A stretch of 64,000 bases of DNA from Marispirochaeta sp. (GTDB taxonomy: Bacteria; Spirochaetota; Spirochaetia; JC444; Marispirochaetaceae), in contig CAXXFF010000002.1 of NCBI GenBank assembly GCA_963676835.2, positions 1,408,001 to 1,472,000 of the forward strand, in the 5' to 3' direction. A program made the translations under genes and the position numbers. Below the pieces are notes generated by a model, which ran no database searches, was not told the origin of the DNA, and was given only the letters and a program-made list of their open reading frames with translations. This document shows, piece by piece, positions 47,809 to 60,121 of this stretch; the first letter of the stretch is position 1, and every line of letters begins with the position of its first letter.

Positions 47809-50310
47809 ATGAAAAAAAATTCCGGTTTACTTAGTTTTCTGCCGTTTCTATTTCTTTCTCTGGCCTTCATTCTGTTTACCAGCTGCCCGACTCCCATGGG
47901 AATCGGCGGCACTGTTATTCCGCCATATTCCATTTCTGTTGATAATGTTAACCCTGCGGATGGGGGAGAGTATGTCGTTGCTGATGTAGATTCCGCCATA
48001 GCCGGGACTACCGTGACTCTTACCGCCCATGTTAACTCCGGAAGGATGGTGACCCTTGCGGTCCCCAATGCCACCGTGACTCCCTCGGTAATAACCGTAG
48101 ATAACAGTACCGCAGTATTTACCATGCCTGCCAGTGCCACCGAGGTTACTGCGACATTCAGTGCGGCAGCTGCAACCTATACGGTAAGCTATAACGCCAA
48201 TGGTGCAACAGGCGGGACAGCTCCAGTGGATCAGACAAAAATTGAGAATGTTAACCTGCAACTGGCATCCAATAGCGGCAGCCTGGTTAAAACCGGCTAT
48301 GACTTTGATGGCTGGAACACCAATTCTGAGGGAACCGGAACTGATTATGCTGTCGAAGCTACCTATTCAAACAACGGAAATATTACCCTGTATGCTAAAT
48401 GGACGGCGAATACCTATACAGTAACCTTTGATGCCGGAGCAGGAGCGACGCCAAGTCCGGAAACAAAAGACGTAACCTACAATTCAACCTATGGAACCCT
48501 GGCAAGCACCAGCAGAACCGGCTACACCTTTGGCGGCTGGTGGACCGGCTCCGGAGGAACCGGCAGTCAGATTACCTCTGCCTCTACGGTTGCAATTTTA
48601 TCGGCTCAAACGTTATATGCCAAATGGACAGCGAAAACCTATACCGTTACATTTGATGCCGGAGACGGAATAACTCCCAGTCCGGAAACCAAAAGCGTAA
48701 CCTACGACGCTGCCTATGGAGTTTTGGCAACTACCAGCAGATCAGGATACAACTTTGCCGGCTGGTGGACCGGTGCCGGCGGTACCGGCAGTCAGATTAG
48801 TGATATTTCTACAGTGACTACGGCTTCAGATCATACTCTGTATGCAAAGTGGACGGATGCAGCGTTACCAACCTATACAGTTACCTTCAATGCCAACGGA
48901 GCCGACAGCGGATCGGTCCCCTCAAGTCAGACGAAGACAGAAGGTATAGACCTGACCCTTGCTTCGAATACAGGGAATCTCGGCCTTACAGATCACAACT
49001 TTGAAGGCTGGAATACTTCATCCGACGGAAACGGTACTGACTATGCCGAAGGAGCAACCTACTCAAGTGATGCGGATATAACCCTTTATGCGAAATGGGC
49101 AGAGGTTCCAACATACACCGTAACCTATGATGCCAACGGAGCCGACAGTGGAACGGTACCATCGAGTCAGACGAAGACTGAAAGTATAGACCTGACCCTT
49201 GCTTCGAACACAGGAAATCTCGGGCTTACCGATCACACCTTTGAAGGATGGAATACTTCATCCGACGGAAACGGTACTGACTATATCGAAGGAGCAACCT
49301 ACTCAAGTGATGCGGATATAACCCTTTATGCGAAATGGGCAGAGGTTCCAACATACACCGTAACCTACAATGCCAACGGAGCCGACAGTGGAACGGTACC
49401 ATCGAGTCAGACGAAGACCGAAAGTATCGATCTGACCCTTGCTTCGAATACAGGGAATCTCGGCCTTACAGATCACAACTTTGAAGGCTGGAATACTTCA
49501 TCCGACGGAAACGGTACTGACTATGCCGAAGGAGCAACCTACTCCACTGATGCAGATATAACCCTTTATGCGAAATGGGCAGAGGTTCCAACATACACCG
49601 TAACCTATGATGCCAACGGAGCCGATAGTGGAACGGTACCCTCGAGTCAGACGAAGACCGAGAGTATAGATCTAACCCTTGCATCGAATACAGGAAATCT
49701 CGGCCTTACCGATCACACCTTTGAAGGCTGGAATACTTCATCCGACGGAAACGGTACTGACTATATCGAAGGAGCAACCTACTCAAGTGATGCAGATATA
49801 ACCCTCTATGCCAAATGGGCAGAGGTTCAAACATACACTGTAACCTATGATGCCAACGGAGCCGATAGTGGAACGGTACCCTCGAGTCAGACGAAGACCG
49901 AAAGTATTGATCTGACTCTTGCTTCGAACACAGGAAATCTCGGGCTTACCGATCACACCTTTGAAGGATGGAATACTTCATCCGACGGAAACGGTACTGA
50001 CTATATCGAAGGAGCAACCTACTCAACTGATTCGGATATAACCCTTTATGCCAAATGGGTAGAGATTCCAACATACACTGTAACCTATGATGCCAACGGA
50101 GCCGACAGCGGTACGATCCCTTCAAGTCAGACGAAGACCGTAGGTATAGATCTGACCCTTGCGGATAATACGGGAGGTCTCGGCCTTGCTCTTCATTCTT
50201 TGTCAGGCTGGAACACTACTGCAGAAGGAGATGGTGATCACTATGAGCTTGAAGGAACATACACTGCTGATGCGGATGCAATCTTATATGCAGAGTGGAC
50301 TGCCGATTAG
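47809..50310 (+). CDS. surface lipoprotein with nine InlB B-type (Listeria-Bacteroides) repeats
   Basis: Lipobox FTSC; repeated TYTVTY.ANG...F.GW...TLYAKW units. Confidence 0.88.
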   Translation: MKKNSGLLSFLPFLFLSLAFILFTSCPTPMGIGGTVIPPYSISVDNVNPADGGEYVVADVDSAIAGTTVTLTAHVNSGRMVTLAVPNATVTPSVITVDNSTAVFTMPASATEVTATFSAAAATYTVSYNANGATGGTAPVDQTKIENVNLQLASNSGSLVKTGYDFDGWNTNSEGTGTDYAVEATYSNNGNITLYAKWTANTYTVTFDAGAGATPSPETKDVTYNSTYGTLASTSRTGYTFGGWWTGSGGTGSQITSASTVAILSAQTLYAKWTAKTYTVTFDAGDGITPSPETKSVTYDAAYGVLATTSRSGYNFAGWWTGAGGTGSQISDISTVTTASDHTLYAKWTDAALPTYTVTFNANGADSGSVPSSQTKTEGIDLTLASNTGNLGLTDHNFEGWNTSSDGNGTDYAEGATYSSDADITLYAKWAEVPTYTVTYDANGADSGTVPSSQTKTESIDLTLASNTGNLGLTDHTFEGWNTSSDGNGTDYIEGATYSSDADITLYAKWAEVPTYTVTYNANGADSGTVPSSQTKTESIDLTLASNTGNLGLTDHNFEGWNTSSDGNGTDYAEGATYSTDADITLYAKWAEVPTYTVTYDANGADSGTVPSSQTKTESIDLTLASNTGNLGLTDHTFEGWNTSSDGNGTDYIEGATYSSDADITLYAKWAEVQTYTVTYDANGADSGTVPSSQTKTESIDLTLASNTGNLGLTDHTFEGWNTSSDGNGTDYIEGATYSTDSDITLYAKWVEIPTYTVTYDANGADSGTIPSSQTKTVGIDLTLADNTGGLGLALHSLSGWNTTAEGDGDHYELEGTYTADADAILYAEWTAD
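48871..50310 (+). repeat. six tandem 240-bp (80-aa) repeats
   Basis: gccga recurs at 48901, 49141, 49381, 49621, 49861 and 50101; last unit diverged; a separate 225-bp pair starts at 48412 and 48637. Confidence 0.95.
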
Positions 50311-50363
50311 CCATATTCCAGCAATTCACCGCAGTGCGGAAAAGATATACCGTCGCAAGTTCT

Positions 50364-52094
50364 TTAAGACAAATCCAGCATTAGACTGAACCGTGTTCCC
50401 TGATCACTGTAGATTTTTAAATCACCTTTCAGCTCTCTTGTAAGCTGTTCAACAATCTTCAGCCCCAGCCCCTTTCCTGTTTCAATGTCGAAGGCGGTGG
50501 GTAGACCTTTCCCGTTATCGGTAACCTCAAGAAGGAAATCTTCGTTTGCTTCCTTTGTAAAAGTTACATTGATATTTCCATTTGCAATACCTGCGGGGAA
50601 GGCATACTTAAGAGCATTTGTCACCAGTTCATTTACCATCAGTCCAATGTGCATTGCATCCCTTGGTTTAAGCTGTACTTCTGCAATATCCATATTGATC
50701 ATAATGCCGGATGTATCCTTCAGCATACTTTCCTGTATCTGAGTAAGCAGTTCGGTAAAATATTTAAGGGCGTTAATTTCATTAATCCCCTCTGCTTTAT
50801 ACAGATCATCATGAATATTCTTTATCGATGTGATCCGGTTACTGATTTCATGAAGGTTATCCTTCACTTCCTGATTATCACTTTCATGTATCTGCAGGGA
50901 GACCATACTCTTCAAAATGGCAAGATTATTTTTAACCCGGTGGTCTATCTCCCTGATAAGGAGCGTCTGGTAATCAATAAGCTCTTCTAATTCTGCTTTT
51001 TTCCCCCGGAGAATAAGTGAAACCATGTGGTATTTGATCAAGGCAACGCTGATAACAGCAGAAAAGAGAACCAGCACAGTAATTACCAATATGACCAGTT
51101 CCCATGTATAGGTTTTAAAAAATGAATCTGGTTTGTTTATTATTGAATATTCCCCCTTCTCTCCGGGAGGTTTCAGGCCGTACCTCTTCAATACCTGCCA
51201 GTCCCAAATAGTGGCCATTGTATCATAATCCTGCTTATAGCTACCGTGGTTCAGGTAGTCGATGCCAGCCTGGTACATCTCACGGGCAACTCTGTTTGCG
51301 CTCAGCATCGTTCCTCCCACGGTTCCGGCTCCCAGAAGGGAGTCCCAGAATGTGTATACCGTAACTGGACTGTTTTGCGTAATCTCTTCAAGTACATCAC
51401 GGGGGATAAAGGTTGTGCCGGTTGTGTCTCTCATAACCAGGGTATAGAGAATGATGCTCTCGTTATTGATCCCTGAAACGGTATCAAGAAGTTCTTCCAG
51501 GGAAAAATCTGAAATAACAACCAGCCTGATTTCCGTGTATGACTCAAGAAACTGTTTAACCGCGGGGATAACCGGTGTAGTTGCCTGGGTTCCCCCATTA
51601 ATAAGGAAAATAGTCTTGAGCTCCGGATTCTGTTCCCTGGCGAGTAGAATTGTGCGGACGGCGGCGGTTGCAATATTACTGGTTAGATATAAACTGTTCC
51701 CTGCCCAGGTATTTTTTACAAGATCACCGCCTCTATGGATTTTTGGGACTTTCGGAAAAAGATCGATGTTCTGTTTCAATAAATGAACAGCTTCAGTCCC
51801 TTCGGCGATGATAAAAGAAAGATTAAGTTCAGAGTATTTGCCCGCAAGATAGCTCTTCCATACATCGTTACCCAGGCGGTCTTCCGGGAAATTCTTGTTC
51901 ATAAACTCAAAATAAAAACGGACATTGGGAAAGTTTTCTTCCCTTATGCTTTCAAAAGCTTTATTAATTGCCGTCACCCAGGGGAAATCTGCACTGCGGG
52001 AGTGGAGAACAAGAATTTTATGCCGCTCTGCCTGGGAGAACCCGGACAGGGTCATAAATATAAGCAGAATAAACGTGTATGCTTTTTTTCTCAT
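50364..52094 (-). CDS. sensor histidine kinase (HisKA_2) with fused ABC-binding-protein-like periplasmic domain
   Basis: ILVLHS....W N-terminus, G.GTVGG, TM, REIDHRVKNNL, NELVTNALKYAF, DNGKG. Confidence 0.88.
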   Translation of the reverse strand: MRKKAYTFILLIFMTLSGFSQAERHKILVLHSRSADFPWVTAINKAFESIREENFPNVRFYFEFMNKNFPEDRLGNDVWKSYLAGKYSELNLSFIIAEGTEAVHLLKQNIDLFPKVPKIHRGGDLVKNTWAGNSLYLTSNIATAAVRTILLAREQNPELKTIFLINGGTQATTPVIPAVKQFLESYTEIRLVVISDFSLEELLDTVSGINNESIILYTLVMRDTTGTTFIPRDVLEEITQNSPVTVYTFWDSLLGAGTVGGTMLSANRVAREMYQAGIDYLNHGSYKQDYDTMATIWDWQVLKRYGLKPPGEKGEYSIINKPDSFFKTYTWELVILVITVLVLFSAVISVALIKYHMVSLILRGKKAELEELIDYQTLLIREIDHRVKNNLAILKSMVSLQIHESDNQEVKDNLHEISNRITSIKNIHDDLYKAEGINEINALKYFTELLTQIQESMLKDTSGIMINMDIAEVQLKPRDAMHIGLMVNELVTNALKYAFPAGIANGNINVTFTKEANEDFLLEVTDNGKGLPTAFDIETGKGLGLKIVEQLTRELKGDLKIYSDQGTRFSLMLDLS

Positions 52095-52280
52095 GGGGCT
52101 AATTGTATGAACTTAACTTCAGTCCTGCAAATCTTTTTCTTGCTATTTCAGAGCTACCCGGTCAAAATATACAAAGATCTAAGAGAAGGATTTGTTTCTC
52201 CCCATCTTCAGTTCAATTCATCCAGCCTATGCCTCCACCTGCTCTTTTTTTCTTATTAACCGCGCGGCGCCGGAGAATGA

Positions 52281-54515
<2,235 letters not shown>

Positions 54516-54576
54516 TTTCCTCCTGTACTAAGGGTATATTCATGAGGGGAGCATTTTTCCCCTCATGGATTTGTGT

Positions 54577-54990
54577 ATGAAACGAGTGTTATTAATAACT
54601 GCAGGAAATCTGTCTTTATCCCTTGGTATTGTTGGAATCTTTCTTCCTGTTCTTCCCACAACCCCTTTTCTTCTTTTATCTGCAGCCTGTTATATGAAAA
54701 GTTCCCGAAAGCTGTATGACTGGCTGCTGAACCATCCCGTTCTTGGCCTGTACATACGTTCCTATATCAAATACCGGGCAATCACTATGCGTGCAAAGGT
54801 AATATCTATTATAGCCCTGTGGATTGTACTTGGGGCATCGGTTGTATTTTTTGTTTCCCTAACCTGGCTGCGGATACTCCTGCTTTTTATAGGCGCCGGG
54901 GTGACGGTGTATCTGCTTCATTTCAGAACACTGAATGATGAGATTATCCGGCAGGTTGAAGAAGGTTATGGGAGCAGTGATATTCCCTAA
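54577..54990 (+). CDS. YbaN/DUF454 membrane protein
   Basis: GIFLPVLPTTPFLLL. Confidence 0.88.
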   Translation: MKRVLLITAGNLSLSLGIVGIFLPVLPTTPFLLLSAACYMKSSRKLYDWLLNHPVLGLYIRSYIKYRAITMRAKVISIIALWIVLGASVVFFVSLTWLRILLLFIGAGVTVYLLHFRTLNDEIIRQVEEGYGSSDIP

Positions 54991-55080
54991 AATAATTGAT
55001 TGACTGGCAAATCTGTTTTTCCGAATTTCTCTTTTAGTACTCTTCTCTAAGTAGTAAGGTGAACGCTAAGGAGACAACAG

Positions 55081-55548
55081 GTGAAAAAACTTCTTTGTAT
55101 TATCCCGATCTTGCTTATATCAGCAGCTTTCTGTTTCAGTCAGACTTTGGACGACGTATCCGGCTATTATCTTTTTGAAGATAAAGAAGCTGAAGAAATA
55201 TACCTGAGCCCGGTTGTAAAAACCGATGACAACACCTATCAGATGTACGATGTCTATATTTATAAAGACGATAATGGCGAGACTGTGGCGGATGTAAACA
55301 GCATGGGAGAGCCCTTTTCTCTAAATGATAATAATTCCGCAGCCGTTTTTGCCTACGACAACAGGTATGACGAGACCTTTACTGAAGAGGCTATGACCGA
55401 ACACTGGACCAGCATGGAAGATGGCACGGAAGGGGACCTTGTGTTTATGCGGAAAACAAAGAAAGAAGTAGAAAAACTGCTGCTGTCCATTTTTAAAGAT
55501 AAAAATGAAGTGGCGGGGATGATGTATCCTCAATTGGCAGAGGAGTAA
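55081..55548 (+). CDS. hypothetical exported protein
   Basis: RBS aaggag, signal peptide, acidic mature region. Confidence 0.7.
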   Translation: MKKLLCIIPILLISAAFCFSQTLDDVSGYYLFEDKEAEEIYLSPVVKTDDNTYQMYDVYIYKDDNGETVADVNSMGEPFSLNDNNSAAVFAYDNRYDETFTEEAMTEHWTSMEDGTEGDLVFMRKTKKEVEKLLLSIFKDKNEVAGMMYPQLAEE

Positions 55549-55621
55549 TTCTGCGTGACAAAGTAACGGGAAAAACGTTAGTATGCTTTAAGAAAGTTTT
55601 ATTTATTGGAGATTATAAATA

Positions 55622-56683
55622 ATGAAAAAATCAAAAACTCTCTCTTCTCTTTTTCTATTGGTATTGTGTTCGCTCATTTCTTTTTTCTCGTGTGAATCCG
55701 GTTCTGCAGGGTCCGAAAGTTCCGGCCCCAGAATCATCTTTGTAGGCACCGATGTTGTCTATGATGCTGTTGAAGACGATGACATAGGCTATGCCGGGTA
55801 CTGGGAAAACGGCAGTAGAACCAATTACTCCGAAGAAAATGTAGAGGCTTCCTGTGCCTTGTACACTGGTGGTTCAATTTATGCAGCCGGGATTAAGTAT
55901 TATAATGGCAGTGATGAGCGGGCTTGCTACTGGGTTGACGGTGTACTTACCCTGCTTGAGTCGATTCCTGATCCTGAAAATGATGCGACCCTCTCTTTTA
56001 CCGCTACTGCCCGGGACTTTGATGGTTCAGCATACGTAGCCGGAGGGATGGGCTACGGAACATCTACAGGGGTTGCCTGCTACTGGGTAGATGGTGTTCG
56101 TACAAAACTCGAAAGTGCCGGGAATGATGGGCTCTTCCTCTCTGATGTTATTGTATACGATGGAGATGTGTATGCATTCGGCTGTTTCTATGATGAAGGT
56201 GATAAAAGCGGTTACTGGAAGAACGGAGTCCGGGGTGATCTTTTAACGGAAGCAGACACCTGGGGTTCCGGGTTTGCGCTGCGGCCCTGCACTGTTGATG
56301 GTTCAATGCTCTATATGCCTTGTGAGAACGGTTACTTCGTTTTTGACATGTCAAACGACACTTACAGCTTTACAGAAGTTGCCGATGCTCACTATCTCAG
56401 CCGGGTCAAGAATATTTCCGGTCATATTTACGCCGTTGGTACCAACAGTACTGCCGGTAACGGCGATATGGCCTGTCTCTGGATAGATGGTGTAGAAGAA
56501 TTCGAGGAGACCACAAAATCGGAAGCCTATGATGTGGCCCTTGTTGATGATGTTGTCTATGTCTGCGGAGTATATAAAAATGATGATGATGACGAAACAG
56601 CCTGCTACTGGAAAGACGGGGTACGGGTATCCTTGACAGATACCTTGTATACCGAAGCAACATCCATTCTGGTTATTGAATAA
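55622..56683 (+). CDS. lipoprotein with repeated (A/G)xYW(K/V)(N/D)G motifs (beta-propeller-like)
   Basis: Lipobox FFSC; six YW/LW-x-(D/N)G repeats. Confidence 0.7.
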   Translation: MKKSKTLSSLFLLVLCSLISFFSCESGSAGSESSGPRIIFVGTDVVYDAVEDDDIGYAGYWENGSRTNYSEENVEASCALYTGGSIYAAGIKYYNGSDERACYWVDGVLTLLESIPDPENDATLSFTATARDFDGSAYVAGGMGYGTSTGVACYWVDGVRTKLESAGNDGLFLSDVIVYDGDVYAFGCFYDEGDKSGYWKNGVRGDLLTEADTWGSGFALRPCTVDGSMLYMPCENGYFVFDMSNDTYSFTEVADAHYLSRVKNISGHIYAVGTNSTAGNGDMACLWIDGVEEFEETTKSEAYDVALVDDVVYVCGVYKNDDDDETACYWKDGVRVSLTDTLYTEATSILVIE

Positions 56684-56693
56684 TCATGTTTTT

Positions 56694-56737
56694 ACAGATG
56701 AGGGGGCTCTGTTGTTGGAGTCCTTCATCTGTTTTTT
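56694..56737 (+). terminator. rho-independent terminator between convergent genes
   Basis: acagatgagg...ccttcatctgt stem followed by a T run. Confidence 0.7.
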
Positions 56738-57214
56738 CTATGGAATGGCTGTAATATCCGCTAGTGTTCCTTCACAAAGGGGCAGCAGATACTGTACAGC
56801 CATTTCAAGCTGAATGCCGATTTGGCCGCCGCTGAATACTATTGTGTCAAACAGTTCGGCGGATTCATCAATAAATGTGGGAAACAGTTTTTTCATTCCT
56901 AAAGGAGAACAGCCGCCGCGGATATACCCGGTGGTTGGAAGCAGATCCTTTACAGGGATCATCTCTATTTTCTTGTGACCCGCTGCAGCAGCAGCCTTTT
57001 TAAGGTCCAGCTCCTCTGCCACTGGAATAACGAAGACCGCATATTCCCCGCCTGAACTCCGGGTAACCAGGGTTTTAAAAACCCTATCCGGTTCAACACC
57101 GATTTTCCCTGCGGCAGATATTCCGTCAACGGCGCCGTCGGCAGCATCATATGTATGGGTTTTGTAGGTAATCTTCTTCTGATCCAGAACCCGCATTGCA
57201 TTTGTCTTTTTCAA
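56738..57214 (-). CDS. ybaK: Cys-tRNA(Pro) deacylase
   Basis: KTNAMR, VFKTLV, TGYIRGGCSPLGMKK. Confidence 0.93.
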   Translation of the reverse strand: MKKTNAMRVLDQKKITYKTHTYDAADGAVDGISAAGKIGVEPDRVFKTLVTRSSGGEYAVFVIPVAEELDLKKAAAAAGHKKIEMIPVKDLLPTTGYIRGGCSPLGMKKLFPTFIDESAELFDTIVFSGGQIGIQLEMAVQYLLPLCEGTLADITAIP

Positions 57215-57235
57215 TGGTTTTCTCAGGTTGTCATT

Positions 57236-57496
57236 TTATTTATCAGAATAGTGGAATCGGCACTGAATAATGGTAATTGAATCATCATCGTAAGTGTAAA
57301 CCAATACATCTTTCTTGTTGATATGCCGGGAGAAGTAACCTGAAAGGTCACCCTTTAAGGATTCGGCTCCTTCTTCCGGCGTTCGTCGTGCTGCCTTTAT
57401 TAAATTATTAATCTTCTTAAGTGTTTTGCGGTCCTGGCTTTGCCAATATTCATAATCTTCCCATGCAGACTCATGCCAGTTGACCCCTCTACTCAT
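57236..57496 (-). CDS. yoeB: Txe/YoeB family toxin
   Basis: AWEDYEYWQ..DRK..KKIN.LI, ESLKGDLSGYFSR.I, QCRFHY. Confidence 0.92.
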   Translation of the reverse strand: MSRGVNWHESAWEDYEYWQSQDRKTLKKINNLIKAARRTPEEGAESLKGDLSGYFSRHINKKDVLVYTYDDDSITIIQCRFHYSDK

Positions 57497-57743
57497 CTAT
57501 AGGGTCTCGCTTGATAACTCTCCCGGCCTTAACATCTTCAACGGCCTTCAGCAGGCGGCTGGCGTTCTCAGGTGTACTAAGCAGGTGGTTGGTGGTTGTC
57601 CAGCCATTGTAATCTGCAAGGGACATCACCACTACATCCCTGCCTTCCTTTGAGGTGATGACAGTTTCTATAGAGGTATCTACAACGTCATCAATCAGTT
57701 GCCTGAGATTGTTCCGCGCATTGGTATAGGTTGTTATTCTCAT
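57489..57743 (-). CDS. yefM: Phd/YefM family antitoxin
   Basis: YTNARNNL..LID.V, VVVMSL.DYN, HLLSTPENA.RL. Confidence 0.92.
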   Translation of the reverse strand: MRITTYTNARNNLRQLIDDVVDTSIETVITSKEGRDVVVMSLADYNGWTTTNHLLSTPENASRLLKAVEDVKAGRVIKRDPIDE

Positions 57744-57770
57744 GACATCCTCCTATTGCAATATACCGTA

Positions 57771-57788
57771 TGTTCAGGATTCTGTACA
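57771..57788. promoter_or_regulatory. YefM-type operator (paired TGTACA cores)
   Basis: tgttca 57771-57776 and tgtaca 57783-57788, 12 bp apart, upstream of yefM. Confidence 0.6.
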
Positions 57789-57814
57789 GCTTTCTGTGTA
57801 GGATGTTCCCCTAT

Positions 57815-58088
57815 TCATTCTCCAGACTTATTCTGTTCGGCTATCCTTTCTATCCTCTTCGCGTAGGATAAGTTGAGGATTTCTGCCACAGGAATAAATT
57901 CCCATATCGTGAGTCCGGGGAAGGGGGGGGACGTGTTCAATAAGTAGGGCTTTGGTCGACTTTTCTGCTGATTGCTGGCAGTGGTAGTTGATAACTTTAA
58001 ATGGGGGTTTATGGCTTTCAGCGAGTAATCTTGCCGCATACAAATCATGTTCGGCATATTCGAGCCGTTCCCTGGTTAGCGCCTTCAT
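57815..58088 (-). pseudogene. HEPN-domain protein, internally deleted/frameshifted
   Basis: AEHDL..A, YHCQQSAEKSTKA, PRTHD, then similarity is lost; a helix-like tail lies in another frame. Confidence 0.7.
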
Positions 58089-58275
58089 TATACCGCAATT
58101 CCCTCTGCCGCGATTATATGTTCCAATGATCCATTTTCCAGGCTCCGGGAGACGTAATCAGGTTCGGAGAGGACAAATATATCCATGGCCATGGAAAGGT
58201 ACTTTCTGGCTTCATAGACAGAATATGTGAGATTTTATAGCATCTACTATCGAGATCGGGGTAAAAGGAGGGCAT
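58088..58275 (-). pseudogene. MNT nucleotidyltransferase antitoxin remnant
   Basis: MAMDIFVLSE...LEHIIAAEGIAV* with the stop overlapping the HEPN ATG; the GS...DxD core is missing. Confidence 0.55.
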
Positions 58276-58420
58276 TTTATTGAAAACTCCTTACGTAAAT
58301 AACGTTTCTATAAATAAAGAACCGTTGTATAAGGAGTTTGCTTCAGGGTGTCTGCAGGGATTTCGACAGTAGTTTAACTGAAATTTAATATGGCAAAATA
58401 ATTAGAAATATGGAGTTAAT

Positions 58421-59422
58421 ATGATTTACCGAAGTTTTATTTTGACAGTCATTTGTATCAGTACCTTATTAACGGCATGCACAGGCGGGTCTACCTCAGA
58501 TTCAGGATCAGCGGTAAAAGATCAAATAATGCTTGTTTCAGGAAATTGGGGCGATGAATCTCTTATAATTACCGACGATATCCTGGGATATGATGATGGA
58601 GATACCGCTTCAACCCGTGCTATCATCGGAGATCAGACAACAATATCCAATCCAGATATTGATTCAGTTGCTGTAGATAAAAACAGGGCTGTTATATACC
58701 TTAGCGATGCAGGTACCGATGAAATCAGTGTTTTTGAGAATATGGGATCTGCTGAAGGAAATATTGCACCCGACAGGACAATCAGTATTTCAGGTGAGAC
58801 CTTCAGGGCAGGGCTAGCAGTTGACTCAGAAAGAGATATCCTTTATGCCGCAGATGCCACTTCAAAAATCTGGATAATAAAGAATGCAAGTACCCTGGAC
58901 GGGGATGTAACGCCGGATGCAGTACTGTCCTATGATGTTATGTCGTTATTCATTGACGAGACAAACAACAGGCTCTACGCGGGAGCGGATTACTCCGCTG
59001 GAAATAAAATATATGTATTTGATGGGGCAAGTGCCCTTGCTACAGGTGCAGCGGCAGACAGAACAATGACTTTTTCTGACAATTTTGATCCTACCGGAAT
59101 ATGGGTAGATTCTCAGTCAAACAGGCTTTATACATGCGATAATGTTGACAGCGGAGATGGAAATAACCTTTTTGCTTATGAAAACGCGTCTACTATGGAC
59201 GGGGCATATAATGTTGATACCGATTCTGTAGCAAGAATAGAGGCGCAGTGTATTTCGTTGATGGTCGACTGCTTTGACAATCTTTATGCATGGCCGGGCA
59301 GTGCAACCTATGTAAGGATTTATTCCAATGCAAGCAGCCTCAGCGGAGACATTACCGGGCCAGACCGAACTATCTACGGTGTTGTAAACAATGGCTACGG
59401 CATGGATTATCTTGCGTACTGA
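58421..59422 (+). CDS. lipoprotein, beta-propeller-like
   Basis: Lipobox LTAC; repeated VD...LY and PDRTI motifs. Confidence 0.7.
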   Translation: MIYRSFILTVICISTLLTACTGGSTSDSGSAVKDQIMLVSGNWGDESLIITDDILGYDDGDTASTRAIIGDQTTISNPDIDSVAVDKNRAVIYLSDAGTDEISVFENMGSAEGNIAPDRTISISGETFRAGLAVDSERDILYAADATSKIWIIKNASTLDGDVTPDAVLSYDVMSLFIDETNNRLYAGADYSAGNKIYVFDGASALATGAAADRTMTFSDNFDPTGIWVDSQSNRLYTCDNVDSGDGNNLFAYENASTMDGAYNVDTDSVARIEAQCISLMVDCFDNLYAWPGSATYVRIYSNASSLSGDITGPDRTIYGVVNNGYGMDYLAY

Positions 59423-59475
59423 TGTGTTTGGTTAGCATTATTACAGAATAGTTTTATAAGTGCTGATAACACGTG

Positions 59476-59510
59476 AAGGGCTGTCTTCTTGAGGAGCAGT
59501 CCTTTTTTTT
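59476..59510 (+). terminator. rho-independent terminator
   Basis: aagggctg...cagtcctt stem followed by T8. Confidence 0.7.
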
Positions 59511-59651
59511 GTATGCAGGGCGTAGGTAATCGCTTTGCGAATTCCTGCCTAGGGTTCCGGCAGTAATTCCTAAGGGAACCGCCGTGGATAGGACTCGATT
59601 CTCCGGCCTTTCAGGCCTGCGAACAACGCGATATCGCTTGCCAAGGTTCGA

Positions 59652-59708
59652 GTCCTGAGTAGGACATAAAAAAACCGAACCACTTGGGTGATTCGGTTTG
59701 CTTTAGCA
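59652..59708. repeat. 57-bp direct repeat copy 1 (tRNA 3' end + terminator + anti-T-arm)
   Basis: 53/57 identical to 62191-62247. Confidence 0.9.
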
Positions 59709-59791
59709 GGCCCTTCGTAACCGTCAATTAAACCCCACCTTATGCCGACATCAATGAATGCCCTACAATCCTCCCTTAATGGAGGAATCGC

Positions 59792-60121
59792 ATGGTCAAA
59801 TATAACCGGGAACAGCAGTGTGAACATCTTAGAAATTGGGAAAAAAGCGGGTTAAGCGGGCAGGAGTATTGCCGGCAGCACGAAATACCACCCACAACGT
59901 TTTACAGCTGGAAAAAAGCCGAAAGGAAACGTGCCGTACAAACCGGAATAGGCTCTGAAACAGCAGCAGCCCGGTTCATACCAGTAAAAAGCTCTTTTCA
60001 TCATTTATCCGAAAAAGAAACCATAACCATAAAGTTGCACGATATTGTTATTACTCTGCCGGTAACAGCAAATCATGACCAGCTAAAAGCAGTATTAACA
60101 GCCTTGAGGGTTTATGAATGA
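59792..60121 (+). CDS. tnpA: IS66 accessory protein TnpA
   Basis: WEKSGLS..EYCRQH.I...TFYSW, F.PV. Confidence 0.88.
   Translation: MVKYNREQQCEHLRNWEKSGLSGQEYCRQHEIPPTTFYSWKKAERKRAVQTGIGSETAAARFIPVKSSFHHLSEKETITIKLHDIVITLPVTANHDQLKAVLTALRVYE

Noticed and set aside
48871..50310. CRISPR array or DGR template/variable repeat
   Set aside because: Repeats are in-frame 240-bp coding units without spacers; no cas or reverse transcriptase gene in the window
58372..58399. Possible dif/XerCD-like site
   Set aside because: Only the XerD-like arm is partly similar; the XerC arm is poor and the context is AT-rich
59570..59827. Small ORFs sharing the peptide VRFFYVLLRTR (also 61926-62222) and ORF 62171-62542
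   Set aside because: Products of the 57-bp non-coding repeat, the IS ends and the tRNA
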